Source: an uncultured delta proteobacterium
GTDB taxonomy: Bacteria; Desulfobacterota; Syntrophia; Syntrophales; UBA2185
Direction: 5' to 3'
NCBI GenBank assembly: GCA_963729715.1
Contig: CAVSPA010000005.1
Span: forward strand, 416,001 to 480,000
Length of the DNA stretch: 64,000 nucleotides
Shown one piece after another: positions 9,925-18,594 of the stretch. Under the pieces are notes generated by a model. The model worked only from the letters and a program-made list of their open reading frames with translations, was not told where the DNA came from and searched no databases. Position 1 is the first letter of the stretch, and the number at the start of each line of letters is the position of its first letter. Position numbers and translations under genes: made by a program.

Positions 9925-11322
9925 TCAATTCTTCTTCGCCCCAATCAACTGCGGTGTCTGTTCGTTGTTGTACTGCTTCCGAGCAATGCGCTCAACTTGA
10001 GGCTTCAGGTAGCTGAACAAGTCTGTAAGTGCAATCGAACCATCTTTTTTCACTACCTCTTCATTCTTGATTCCCTTGAGCATGAAATAAGTGAAAAGCC
10101 CGTGGCCCTTCTCCTCGTAGGTGGAGCTGATCTGGTCTCCGGACGCGGCGCTCAGAACAGCCACTTTCTTCGGAATTGATTCGCTGCTCATCGTCATAAC
10201 CAAAGGCCTCGCGCCCTTGGCAATCACGCTGCGTCCACCGGCTCCGGAGAAGCACGAATCAAGCGCCACGATAATCTCCTTCGCGGGAAGTTTTCCGAGT
10301 GCATCATAGAGCCTTCTCAGAGAATATCCGGTTTCCCCGATAAATGCCGGATCTCCGTCATACGGAACGAGATAGGCGTCACCCGTCTTGGGATTCGGCG
10401 CACCGTGCCCGGAATAATAAACAAACACCGTACCGCCTTTTTCGACATTGTTAGGCAGCCATTTTTCGAAATATTTTACGAAGTCTCCCAGGGCGGCAAG
10501 GTCATTCGTAAGGGTTACAACGTTCTCTTCCGGATAGCCCATCGCCTTTGTGAGATATTCCGTCACCGTCTTGGCATCGGCTGCCGCGAAGTCGGCCTTG
10601 GGCAGCTTTTGGCGGTATTGCTCGATGCCGATGACTATCGCATATGCTTTGCTGTTCTGCCGTGCCTGTGCATTAGAGGGAAGAGAGATATCCGTTTGAT
10701 CCGGAGCGGGAACAGTCTTCTGCGGCTGCGCCGTGACAATCGGCTTGCCATCGAAGTACGCCATTATTGCATCCGCGGGAGCATATCCCATCCGTCTCCG
10801 TCCGTCAGGAAAAATGACGGTCGGAACGCCAGTGATACTCAAAGACTGTGCGAGCGCGATAGTTTTATCGACAGCATCGCTGTTGCAGTCCCGGGCAGGG
10901 ATCGGCTTGTTTTCAAAATTATCTTCAAGCATCTGCAGAGAAGAGCTGCAAAGGATGCTTTTTGATTTCCAGTAAGCGTCTTTGTGCATTGCCAAAGGAA
11001 AGAGTCTTATATAGAAGGCAACGTCATTCCGCTCTGCCACAATTTTCTTGAGCTCTGTGTGAAGTTTCACGCAGTAAGGACAATCAGGGTCGGTAAAAAC
11101 CACGGCCTTCTTCTGTGCCGCAGGGTTCCCCATAACAAGAGCGTGTTCCATCGTAAGGTCGCTGAAAGATGCATTCGGCTGCTTGACTATGAAATCGCTC
11201 CCATAAGCGGATTGTCCATACAAAAGAACCAAGAAAGCAATCAGACAAAATGGCGCATACTTCACTGACGTAAACATGTGAACTATGTTTTTTCCTCTTG
11301 TTTTCATGCCGGCACCTCTCAT
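9925..11322 (-). CDS. Exported DsbC-like thioredoxin domain fused to a caspase-family (peptidase C14) domain
   Basis: Hydrophobic leader; VFTDPDCPYC, second Cys pair and GVPT cis-Pro loop; then AIVIGIEQY, YYSGHG (His) and LDSCFSG (Cys), GHGLFTYF, QTPQL. Confidence 0.88.
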   Translation of the reverse strand: MRGAGMKTRGKNIVHMFTSVKYAPFCLIAFLVLLYGQSAYGSDFIVKQPNASFSDLTMEHALVMGNPAAQKKAVVFTDPDCPYCVKLHTELKKIVAERNDVAFYIRLFPLAMHKDAYWKSKSILCSSSLQMLEDNFENKPIPARDCNSDAVDKTIALAQSLSITGVPTVIFPDGRRRMGYAPADAIMAYFDGKPIVTAQPQKTVPAPDQTDISLPSNAQARQNSKAYAIVIGIEQYRQKLPKADFAAADAKTVTEYLTKAMGYPEENVVTLTNDLAALGDFVKYFEKWLPNNVEKGGTVFVYYSGHGAPNPKTGDAYLVPYDGDPAFIGETGYSLRRLYDALGKLPAKEIIVALDSCFSGAGGRSVIAKGARPLVMTMSSESIPKKVAVLSAASGDQISSTYEEKGHGLFTYFMLKGIKNEEVVKKDGSIALTDLFSYLKPQVERIARKQYNNEQTPQLIGAKKN

Positions 11323-11338
11323 GCAGATTTATCCTCAA
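11271..11338. repeat. Direct repeat copy 1 (68 bp; RBS and first codons of the DsbC-caspase gene)
   Basis: taaacatgtgaactatgttttttcctcttgttttcatgccggcacctctcatgcagatttatcctcaa; matches 14767-14835 with 7 mismatches and 1 gap. Confidence 0.9.
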
Positions 11339-11493
11339 ATTGTCACGGACGCTTCCGTCCGTATCGAATTGCTTTTAGAGCTTCTACCACATATTAAGAT
11401 TTTGTAAAAATCAAAATAACTACAGAACTCTATATAAAAATATGGTAACAATATCAGCCGTGGGTCAATTAACTTTTTTAGAGGGAGTTAATT

Positions 11494-12966
11494 ATGAAAG
11501 CAGAACAGGATTCCTTCAGCAAGCGCTATGGCCTTATTATCAGTGTTGTTGTGTTATTGGGGATCATTGCAATGCCGACGCCGGAAGGACTAACGGTAGC
11601 GGGTCAGAGAATGATCGCCATGCTTATCTTTTCGATAATAATCTGGATGACCGAGGCTGTTTCCTACCCGATCAGCGCCGCCATAATCCTGGCGATTATG
11701 GTCTTCCTGCTCGGCACATCACCCGATGTTGCCAATCCCAAGGGCGTCATGGGAACTTCCAAGGGTCTCTCCCTGGCATTGGGCGGATTCAGCAACCCCG
11801 CGACTGCCTTAGTGGGCGGGGCGCTGTTTATCGCCGCCGCGATGATGCAGACCGGCCTCGACAAGCGGATCGCCTTATCCATCCTGTCTAAAATAGGGAC
11901 GAAGACTAACCGTATTCTGATTGGAGTAATTTTTGTGGGTTTCGTTCTCAGTTTCTTCATTCCCAGCACAACCGCAAGGGTCGCTTGTCTGGTTCCTATT
12001 GTAATGGGGATTATCCTGGCTCTTAATGTGGATAAAAAGAGCAAATTTGCCGGCGTCCTGATGATCGCCACCGCCCAGGCTGATAGTATTTGGAATGTCG
12101 GTATCAAAACGGCAGCCGCACAAAATATGGTTGCCATCGGCTTTATTGATAAACTTCTTAACAAACAGATTACCTGGTTCGAATGGTTTATTGCCGCCGC
12201 TCCCTTCGCCGTGATTATGTCTGTGGTCTTGTATTACGTCTTGATGAAGGTCATGCCGCCTGACACCGAGGAAATCCCAGGCAGCCGGGAAACTATCGCT
12301 AAAGCCTTGGCTGACCTTGGTCCTATGAAACTGAACGAGAAGAAGCTGTTCGCTGTATCGCTTACACTGCTATTCTTCTGGTCTACCGAAATGGTCCTCC
12401 ACAATTTCGATACCGCCTCTACGACCCTCGCTGCCGTGGCCATCATGCTGATGCCTGTTGTAGGTGTAATGACATGGAAAGAAGCACAGGCAAAAATCCC
12501 TTGGGGTACTCTGATGTTGTTCGGGATAGGCATAAGCCTTGGATCGGCTCTTCTTTCCACGAAAGCCGCTGCCTGGCTGGCTAAAATGATTGTCACCTGG
12601 TTTGGCTTACAGACCATGCCTGCCTTGACAATTCTGGCTGTCCTTGCCGCTTTCCTCATTATCATCCACCTTGGGTTTGCCAGTGCCACCGCTTTGGCGT
12701 CAGCTATGATACCGATTGTGATTTCGGTATTGCAGGAGGTAAAGATGGCGGGCATGAACGTATGGGGCATGACAATGATTTTACAGTACGTGGTGAGCTT
12801 CGGGTTTATCTTGCCGGTAAATGCGCCACAAAATATGGTGGCATACAGCACAGAAACATTTGAAGTTAAAGATTTCATGCGGACAGGCATTCCTTTAACA
12901 ATCATCGCCTATCTCGTCATTCTTCTCTTAGGGGCCACATACTGGAAGTGGCTTGGATACGTATAA
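11494..12966 (+). CDS. DASS/SLC13-family di-/tricarboxylate or anion transporter
   Basis: WMTEA, TGLDKRIAL, IPSTTAR, TAAAQN, IPWGTLMLFG, FILPVNAPQN motifs. Confidence 0.92.
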   Translation: MKAEQDSFSKRYGLIISVVVLLGIIAMPTPEGLTVAGQRMIAMLIFSIIIWMTEAVSYPISAAIILAIMVFLLGTSPDVANPKGVMGTSKGLSLALGGFSNPATALVGGALFIAAAMMQTGLDKRIALSILSKIGTKTNRILIGVIFVGFVLSFFIPSTTARVACLVPIVMGIILALNVDKKSKFAGVLMIATAQADSIWNVGIKTAAAQNMVAIGFIDKLLNKQITWFEWFIAAAPFAVIMSVVLYYVLMKVMPPDTEEIPGSRETIAKALADLGPMKLNEKKLFAVSLTLLFFWSTEMVLHNFDTASTTLAAVAIMLMPVVGVMTWKEAQAKIPWGTLMLFGIGISLGSALLSTKAAAWLAKMIVTWFGLQTMPALTILAVLAAFLIIIHLGFASATALASAMIPIVISVLQEVKMAGMNVWGMTMILQYVVSFGFILPVNAPQNMVAYSTETFEVKDFMRTGIPLTIIAYLVILLLGATYWKWLGYV

Positions 12967-13012
12967 GCCTCAGGAAGCCTGTATAGAAAATTTCTATAAA
13001 GGATTGAAGAAA

Positions 13013-14620
13013 ATGCAATATGACCCTTTGTATCATCCTTATCCGTCCCGGCGAAGCATGGTTTTCGCCAGGAAAGGCATGGTTGCAACTTCGCAGCCGC
13101 TTGCAGCCCAGGCGGGGCTGGAGATTCTCAAAAAAGGAGGCAATGCCATTGACGCGGCAATCGCAACTGCAGCTTGTCTGACCGTAGTTGAACCAACTTC
13201 CAACGGTATAGGCGGTGATGCTTTCGCCCTTGTGTGGAGCAAAAATAAACTTCACGGTTTGAATGCAAGCGGACCTTCGCCTAAAACTATTTCCATCGAG
13301 GCGCTAAAAAAAGCGGGACATCAGGAAATCCCGAAATACGGAATGATCCCGGTGACCGTGCCGGGAGCCCCTTCAGCTTGGGCCGAGTTGTCGAAGCGTT
13401 TTGGCAAGCTTCCCTTTGTCGAAGTATTAAGGCCCGCAATCGAGTATGCAGAGGAGGGCTTCCCGGTGTCGCCGATCATCAGCAAGCTTTGGAAAGCCGA
13501 CTTTGACAATTATAAGAAGGAACGAGCTGAAGAGTTCAAGTACTGGTTTGAAGTATTTGCTCCACAGGGAAAACCGCCAGCGGCCGGCGGGATCTGGCGG
13601 TCACCGAGACATGCGGCCACACTCAAGTCGATTGCGGAAACCAACGCCGAGGCGTTTTACCGTGGTGAACTAACCGAGAGGATCGATGTCTTCTTTAAGC
13701 AGTACAGGGGATATTTGCGCAAGGAAGACTTGGAAGCTTTTCGGCCGGAATGGGTGGAGCCGATAAAAATAAATTATCGAGGCTACGACGTCTGGGAAAT
13801 TCCACCCAACGGGCATGGCCTGGTGGCATTGATGGCCCTTAATATTTTGAAAGGGTTTGATTTCTCGGCAAAGGAAACAGTCGACACTTACCATAAACAA
13901 ATTGAGGCTATAAAACTTGCATTCGTTGATTGCCGGAAATATGTTACTGACCCGCGGCACATGACCATCAAAGTGGACGACCTGTTGTCTGATTCTTTCG
14001 CGGCAAAGCGGCGCGGCCTTATTGGTAAGCAGGCGCTCCAGCCTGCGCCCGGCCGCCCCACTGGCGGCAGTACGGTCTATCTGGCGACGGCCGACTCAGA
14101 GGGAAACATGGTGTCCTTCATTCAGAGCAATTATATGGGCTTTGGCTCGGGTCTGATCGTTCCCGGAACCGGTATCAGCCTTCATAACCGCGGGCATAAT
14201 TTCTCATTCAATGAAACGCATGACAATCGTCTTGAACCGGGAAAGAAATCTTACCATACTATCATGCCGGGCTTCTTGACCAAGGATAACGAAGCAGTGG
14301 GCCCATTTGGCGTCATGGGTGCATTCATCCAACCGCAAGGCCACCTGATGGTAGTGATGAACACAGTCGATTTTCATCTTAATCCGCAAGCGGCCCTCGA
14401 CGCGCCCCGGTGGCAGTGGGTGGAAGACAAGATAGTGGATATCGAGCACCTATTCCCGGAACATATTGCCGAAGCTTTAAATAGGCGAGGCCACGTCATC
14501 AGACGCGGTGTGGTGGGAGCAACAACCTTTGGCCGCGGTCAGATTATCTGGCGAAACAGTGAAGGTGTACTCGCCGGTGCGACAGAACCGCGAACGGATG
14601 GCGTTGTTGCAGTTTGGTAG
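13013..14620 (+). CDS. Gamma-glutamyltransferase-family Ntn-hydrolase (YwrD-like, no signal peptide)
   Basis: GMVATSQPLA, GGNAIDAAIA, GIGGDAF, nucleophile Thr in GSTVYLATAD, IQSNY.GFGSG, YHTIMPG. ATG 13013 preferred to 12953. Confidence 0.92.
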   Translation: MQYDPLYHPYPSRRSMVFARKGMVATSQPLAAQAGLEILKKGGNAIDAAIATAACLTVVEPTSNGIGGDAFALVWSKNKLHGLNASGPSPKTISIEALKKAGHQEIPKYGMIPVTVPGAPSAWAELSKRFGKLPFVEVLRPAIEYAEEGFPVSPIISKLWKADFDNYKKERAEEFKYWFEVFAPQGKPPAAGGIWRSPRHAATLKSIAETNAEAFYRGELTERIDVFFKQYRGYLRKEDLEAFRPEWVEPIKINYRGYDVWEIPPNGHGLVALMALNILKGFDFSAKETVDTYHKQIEAIKLAFVDCRKYVTDPRHMTIKVDDLLSDSFAAKRRGLIGKQALQPAPGRPTGGSTVYLATADSEGNMVSFIQSNYMGFGSGLIVPGTGISLHNRGHNFSFNETHDNRLEPGKKSYHTIMPGFLTKDNEAVGPFGVMGAFIQPQGHLMVVMNTVDFHLNPQAALDAPRWQWVEDKIVDIEHLFPEHIAEALNRRGHVIRRGVVGATTFGRGQIIWRNSEGVLAGATEPRTDGVVAVW

Positions 14621-14766
14621 GAGCCCGCACCGGTCCCGGCAGACATATACCTGCGAGAATTTTTCATCAATGATACTGTTTCGATTGAAACAGGCGCTAA
14701 GATCTATTTGAACGGCTCAGCGCGTGTTAAATCTCAGGTCACCACGATATTTGACGTATCAGCCCC

Positions 14767-14835
14767 TAAACACGTGAACTAAATTTTTTCCTCTTGCTTT
14801 TATGATGGCACCTCTCATGCAGATTTTATCCTCAA
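14767..14835. repeat. Direct repeat copy 2 (69 bp; decayed copy of the DsbC-caspase gene start)
   Basis: taaacacgtgaactaaattttttcctcttgcttttatgatggcacctctcatgcagattttatcctcaa, ending 3 bp beyond the acd stop codon. Confidence 0.9.
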
Positions 14836-14838
14836 TGG

Positions 14839-15999
14839 TCATCTGTTTGCCTTCTTTATCCCAAGCTGATCTTGAGCCATTATGAATTTGCAAATGTTCG
14901 CCGATCCCTCGACCATGGCATAAGTAGGGGCGTCCCGGAAATAGCGGGCCACCGGATATTCATTGGAATAGCCGTATGCCCCCAGGATTCGCATCGCAAA
15001 CTGTGAGCACTTGTAGGCCAATTCGCCGGCCAAGTATTTGGAGGCGGCCACTTCCAGGTTGTTACCGAGATTGCCCTGGTCCTTCTGCCAGGCCGCCTTG
15101 TAGACCATCAGCCTTCCCGCCTCGATCTCGGCCACCATCTGCCCGATCATGTCCTGGTTCATTTGGAAGGCGCCGATCGGTTTGCCGAACTGCTCGCGCT
15201 CCATGGCGTATTTCGTCACGCAATCAAGGCAGGCCTGAGCCAGCCCAATGCCTCCTGCGGCCGCGGAAAGCCTGGTCTGCGCCAGGGAACTGAAAACGAT
15301 CTTCGCGCCGTCGCCGGGGTTCCCCAGGATGTTTCCTTTGGGGACCTTGGTGTCTTCCAGGATGACCTCACCGGTCGGTGAAGACCTAGATCCCAGCTTG
15401 TCCAGGTCGGTAACGGTGATGCCGTTGAAATTCTTGAGCTCAACGACAAAAGCAGACAGAAGCTTCTTTCCACCGATTTCTGTGTAGGCATAAAAGATGG
15501 TCAGGTCGCCCAAGGTGGCATTCGATATCCAGGTCTTGGTGCCATTGATGAGCCAATGATCTTCTTTGTCCTCTGCAAATGACCTGATCGCCATTACGTC
15601 CGACCCGGCCTGCGGTTCGGTGATCGCAAACGATCCGAGCAATTCAGCATTGACGAGCTTCTGCACGTATTTCTTCTTGAGCTCTTCCGTGCCGTAGCGG
15701 TAGATAGTGTAGGCGCAGCCAAGTTCCTGCATGTTGACCTGCACCCGCAGCGAACTCGATGCACGGGCAATCTCCTCCGTGATGATCATCGCTGCGAGCC
15801 AGCCCATGTTGCTCCCGCCGTATTCCTCCGGAATGACAGTTCCGAAGAAACCAAGCTCACCCATGGGCCTCACCACTTCCTTGTAGGGAAAATAGTGCTT
15901 CGCGTCCCATTCATCCGCATAAGGGGCTATTCTCCCGGCGGCAAAACTGCGCACCGTCTCCTGAAGCATTTTCACTTCTGCTGACAATTCGAAGTTCAT
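14839..15999 (-). CDS. acd: Glutaryl-CoA dehydrogenase, non-decarboxylating (glutaconyl-CoA forming)
   Basis: Close resemblance to Desulfococcus multivorans Acd as recalled (RPMGELGFFGTVIPEEYGG, WLAAMI.TEEIAR, LRVQ.N, RDAPTY.MVEGSANICK, KANR end). Confidence 0.9.
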   Translation of the reverse strand: MNFELSAEVKMLQETVRSFAAGRIAPYADEWDAKHYFPYKEVVRPMGELGFFGTVIPEEYGGSNMGWLAAMIITEEIARASSSLRVQVNMQELGCAYTIYRYGTEELKKKYVQKLVNAELLGSFAITEPQAGSDVMAIRSFAEDKEDHWLINGTKTWISNATLGDLTIFYAYTEIGGKKLLSAFVVELKNFNGITVTDLDKLGSRSSPTGEVILEDTKVPKGNILGNPGDGAKIVFSSLAQTRLSAAAGGIGLAQACLDCVTKYAMEREQFGKPIGAFQMNQDMIGQMVAEIEAGRLMVYKAAWQKDQGNLGNNLEVAASKYLAGELAYKCSQFAMRILGAYGYSNEYPVARYFRDAPTYAMVEGSANICKFIMAQDQLGIKKANR

Positions 16000-16065
16000 A
16001 AGTTCCTCTTCGCTTCTTTTTTTTCTCTGCCCTGGCTTCTTACAGCGACGAATACGGCAGTTTTA

Positions 16066-16149
16066 TTGAAGCTCTCCGCAGCAAGCTGCGGAGAATCTTC
16101 GATTCTTATGGAATATTATCGTTCGTCATTCGCTCACTACCGAATTCAA
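16066..16149 (+). mobile_element. Palindromic miniature element, copy 1 (one hairpin), IS200/IS605-end-like
   Basis: ttgaagctctccgcagcaagctgcggagaatcttcgattctt...cattcgctcactaccgaattcaa; homologous to 37363-37480. Confidence 0.75.
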
Positions 16150-16243
16150 CAGCATTTTTTGACCGGCTTAAGATAGTCTGTTTTCATCATGACAGTAGTC
16201 GTTCTCCTACTGGTGGGAGGCCTGCGATTAACTGCTACAGCGG

Positions 16244-17656
16244 CTACGATGCCACTTCGGTTTGCGTCTGTTTGATCCGACGGGGAAAAATCATGCTTAC
16301 CAATACCAATGCCACAAAACTAACGATGAGACCCGGGTACAGGGGATCGAGGCCCTTAGGATAAAGCACGTGCCAAACCAGATTGGCCAATGGTCCCAGG
16401 AATGCCGCCACGATGCCCGCCATAGGGGAGACGAGGCGTGGGAAGAACATTGCGCCCAGCAGGGGAAAGAGAATCGTGCAGCCCCTCAGTCCCATAGACA
16501 GGAAGCTCCATCCGAGGATCAGGGATTTGAGGTTTCCAGTAACAAAGAACACGCAGAGAACGCAGACCAAAAATATAAGCAGGCGCTGAACGAAAAGTAT
16601 TTCCTTGTCGCCCGCCAGCTTACGGAAAAACCGTTTGTAAATATCCTTCGTGACCATCGTTGAAACCCCCAAGGCAAGCCCGGCCCAGGTGCCGATTACT
16701 GCGACCAGCAATGTCGCAAGGACCACGCCCCCCGCCCACGGAGGCAGAAATTGCATTATAAAAACCGGCAGGACTTCAATCGAAGGAGTGGCCGGAAAAT
16801 ACGCTCTCATGTAAAGTCCCACCAGGATACCCCCGATACCGATGGGCGGAATCATGAAAGCGGATATCATTGCACCCCTGCGGGACGTTTTCGCGTCTTT
16901 CCCGGAATAGATAGCCTGGATATAGGTCTGGGTAGAAAGGACACCGACAATCAGCGAGAAGCCGGCAGCAGCGTCAAGATTGAAACTCCGGCCGAAAAGG
17001 GAAAACCAGGGGAAATAAGTAAATTTCTCTGCGAGACCCGTATAGCCGCCGACCATGTAATAGGCCATTACACCGCAGACTATCGTGGCGACATAGAGCA
17101 ATCCGAGTTTCGCAACCCCGACCAGGCCAGTGCCCCACACTCCGCCATAGAAAACATATCCCAAAACAAGCAATATGCTTATTATGGTCGCAGTGAGCGG
17201 TTCGATGTTGAACATGGCGGTCAGAAGCGCAACTGCCGCAAGTCCTTGACTAACGATACTCAGGAAAATGCCTATCGAAGAAAAAATACTGGAGATGGGG
17301 CCGATGTTACTGCCGTAAGTCACGACCAAATATTGGGGCACTGTTTCCAGGCGGCTATCATGGAGCCGCTTGGACAGACCCAGTCCCAGCACAGCACAGG
17401 CGATACCGGCACCGAGTGTAAACCACCACGCGCATACGCCGAATCGAAAAGCCAGCTGGGCTGTGCCGATTGTCGACGCACCGCCAACCAACGTGCCCAT
17501 GATTGTTCCGGCAACAACAGCAGCACTTGCTTTGCGCCCGCCGACGGTAAAGTCCGCGGCGTTTTTTACTTTCCGCCCGGCATAGATTCCCACCACCGTA
17601 ATGGCGATGAGGGTTACCACAATTCCTATGATGTGACCGGTGCTAAGTGACAGCAT
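16244..17656 (-). CDS. Sodium:solute symporter family protein
   Basis: DFTVGGR, GTLVGGASTIGTAQLAF, multi-TM; AGGAGGAGG RBS. Confidence 0.92.
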   Translation of the reverse strand: MLSLSTGHIIGIVVTLIAITVVGIYAGRKVKNAADFTVGGRKASAAVVAGTIMGTLVGGASTIGTAQLAFRFGVCAWWFTLGAGIACAVLGLGLSKRLHDSRLETVPQYLVVTYGSNIGPISSIFSSIGIFLSIVSQGLAAVALLTAMFNIEPLTATIISILLVLGYVFYGGVWGTGLVGVAKLGLLYVATIVCGVMAYYMVGGYTGLAEKFTYFPWFSLFGRSFNLDAAAGFSLIVGVLSTQTYIQAIYSGKDAKTSRRGAMISAFMIPPIGIGGILVGLYMRAYFPATPSIEVLPVFIMQFLPPWAGGVVLATLLVAVIGTWAGLALGVSTMVTKDIYKRFFRKLAGDKEILFVQRLLIFLVCVLCVFFVTGNLKSLILGWSFLSMGLRGCTILFPLLGAMFFPRLVSPMAGIVAAFLGPLANLVWHVLYPKGLDPLYPGLIVSFVALVLVSMIFPRRIKQTQTEVAS

Positions 17657-17812
17657 TATTTCTTACCTCCTCCTTTAACGATCCTATTTCCCGCTTACTA
17701 TTCCAGCCCAGTAAAGACGGCCAAAATTTTGCCGCTGGAAGCATGACCCGGACAAGATCTGATGTCGGCGGTGGCCGGCCATCAGCTGCTTCCACCCGGA
17801 CATAATGATCTT

Positions 17813-18574
17813 TCAAAGAATCAGCTTATGAGGGTCGACCTTTTCCCTCAGAATTTTTAAATCGTTCTCTGTCGGCGGTGTCGCCTCCGTTGCCCGGGAG
17901 ATATCCACCTCAAATTCCATGCTCTCGAGGATCTTCTGCGGTGCAGTGCCAGGGTAATAATGGGCCATGTACATTTCCTTCGTCTTTTCATCGAAGCGCA
18001 TCAGTCCGAGATTTGTTATTACGGCAGTTGGCCCGCCGGGCATCAGCCCTGCCTTCTCCCTGGCTCCGGGTCCATCAAGGTAACCCGGGCTGGTGAGATA
18101 ATCAACCTTCTTGGGGAATTTCCTTTTTTCGTGCTGCATGAAAATCAGGTATCGTGGGACAAAGGAGGCGACGTCGCAAGCGCCGCCGCTGCCGGAAAAT
18201 CTTGTGACCGGCCTGAAGTAGTCGCCGATCGCCGTCGAGTTCAAGTTTCCGTATTTGTCAATCTGTGCTGCGCCGAGTATCCCGATTACCCGGTCGCCTG
18301 TGATACGGTTCTGCATTGTAGCGAAGGCCTCGAGAAGACCCCCGTTTGATGCCGCTGAGTACATAACGCGCGGGTCCGCAACAGACATGGGGATTTCCTC
18401 GAGCTCCGAGTCTATCGCGCCGGTCTCAAAAAAAATGATGCTGTTGGGCGCCGTAATGTACTTTGCCGCCATCGCCGCAACTAACGAAATCCCGGTTCCG
18501 CAAAAGACGATATCGCCGTCGCAGATTTCCCTGGCCGCCATTATCGTCATCATTTCTCTCAACGTGTAGTTCAT
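17813..18574 (-). CDS. CoA-transferase subunit B (glutaconate CoA-transferase GctB-like)
   Basis: FCGTG, IFFETGAID (catalytic Glu), LGAAQIDKYGNLNST, GSGGACD, ITNLG. Confidence 0.88.
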   Translation of the reverse strand: MNYTLREMMTIMAAREICDGDIVFCGTGISLVAAMAAKYITAPNSIIFFETGAIDSELEEIPMSVADPRVMYSAASNGGLLEAFATMQNRITGDRVIGILGAAQIDKYGNLNSTAIGDYFRPVTRFSGSGGACDVASFVPRYLIFMQHEKRKFPKKVDYLTSPGYLDGPGAREKAGLMPGGPTAVITNLGLMRFDEKTKEMYMAHYYPGTAPQKILESMEFEVDISRATEATPPTENDLKILREKVDPHKLIL

Positions 18575-18594
18575 GGTTTCATCTCCTGATTCTG

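Noticed and set aside
9925..11322. Caspase as part of an anti-phage system (gasdermin, CRISPR type III or CBASS linked)
   Set aside because: The protein appears exported, and no gasdermin, Cas, cyclase or NLR-like partner is adjacent
16751..17650. Long antisense ORF (299 aa), and similar ones at 12234-12905, 56698-57447 and 62930-63643
   Set aside because: Antisense shadows of well-supported genes, with no recognisable motifs
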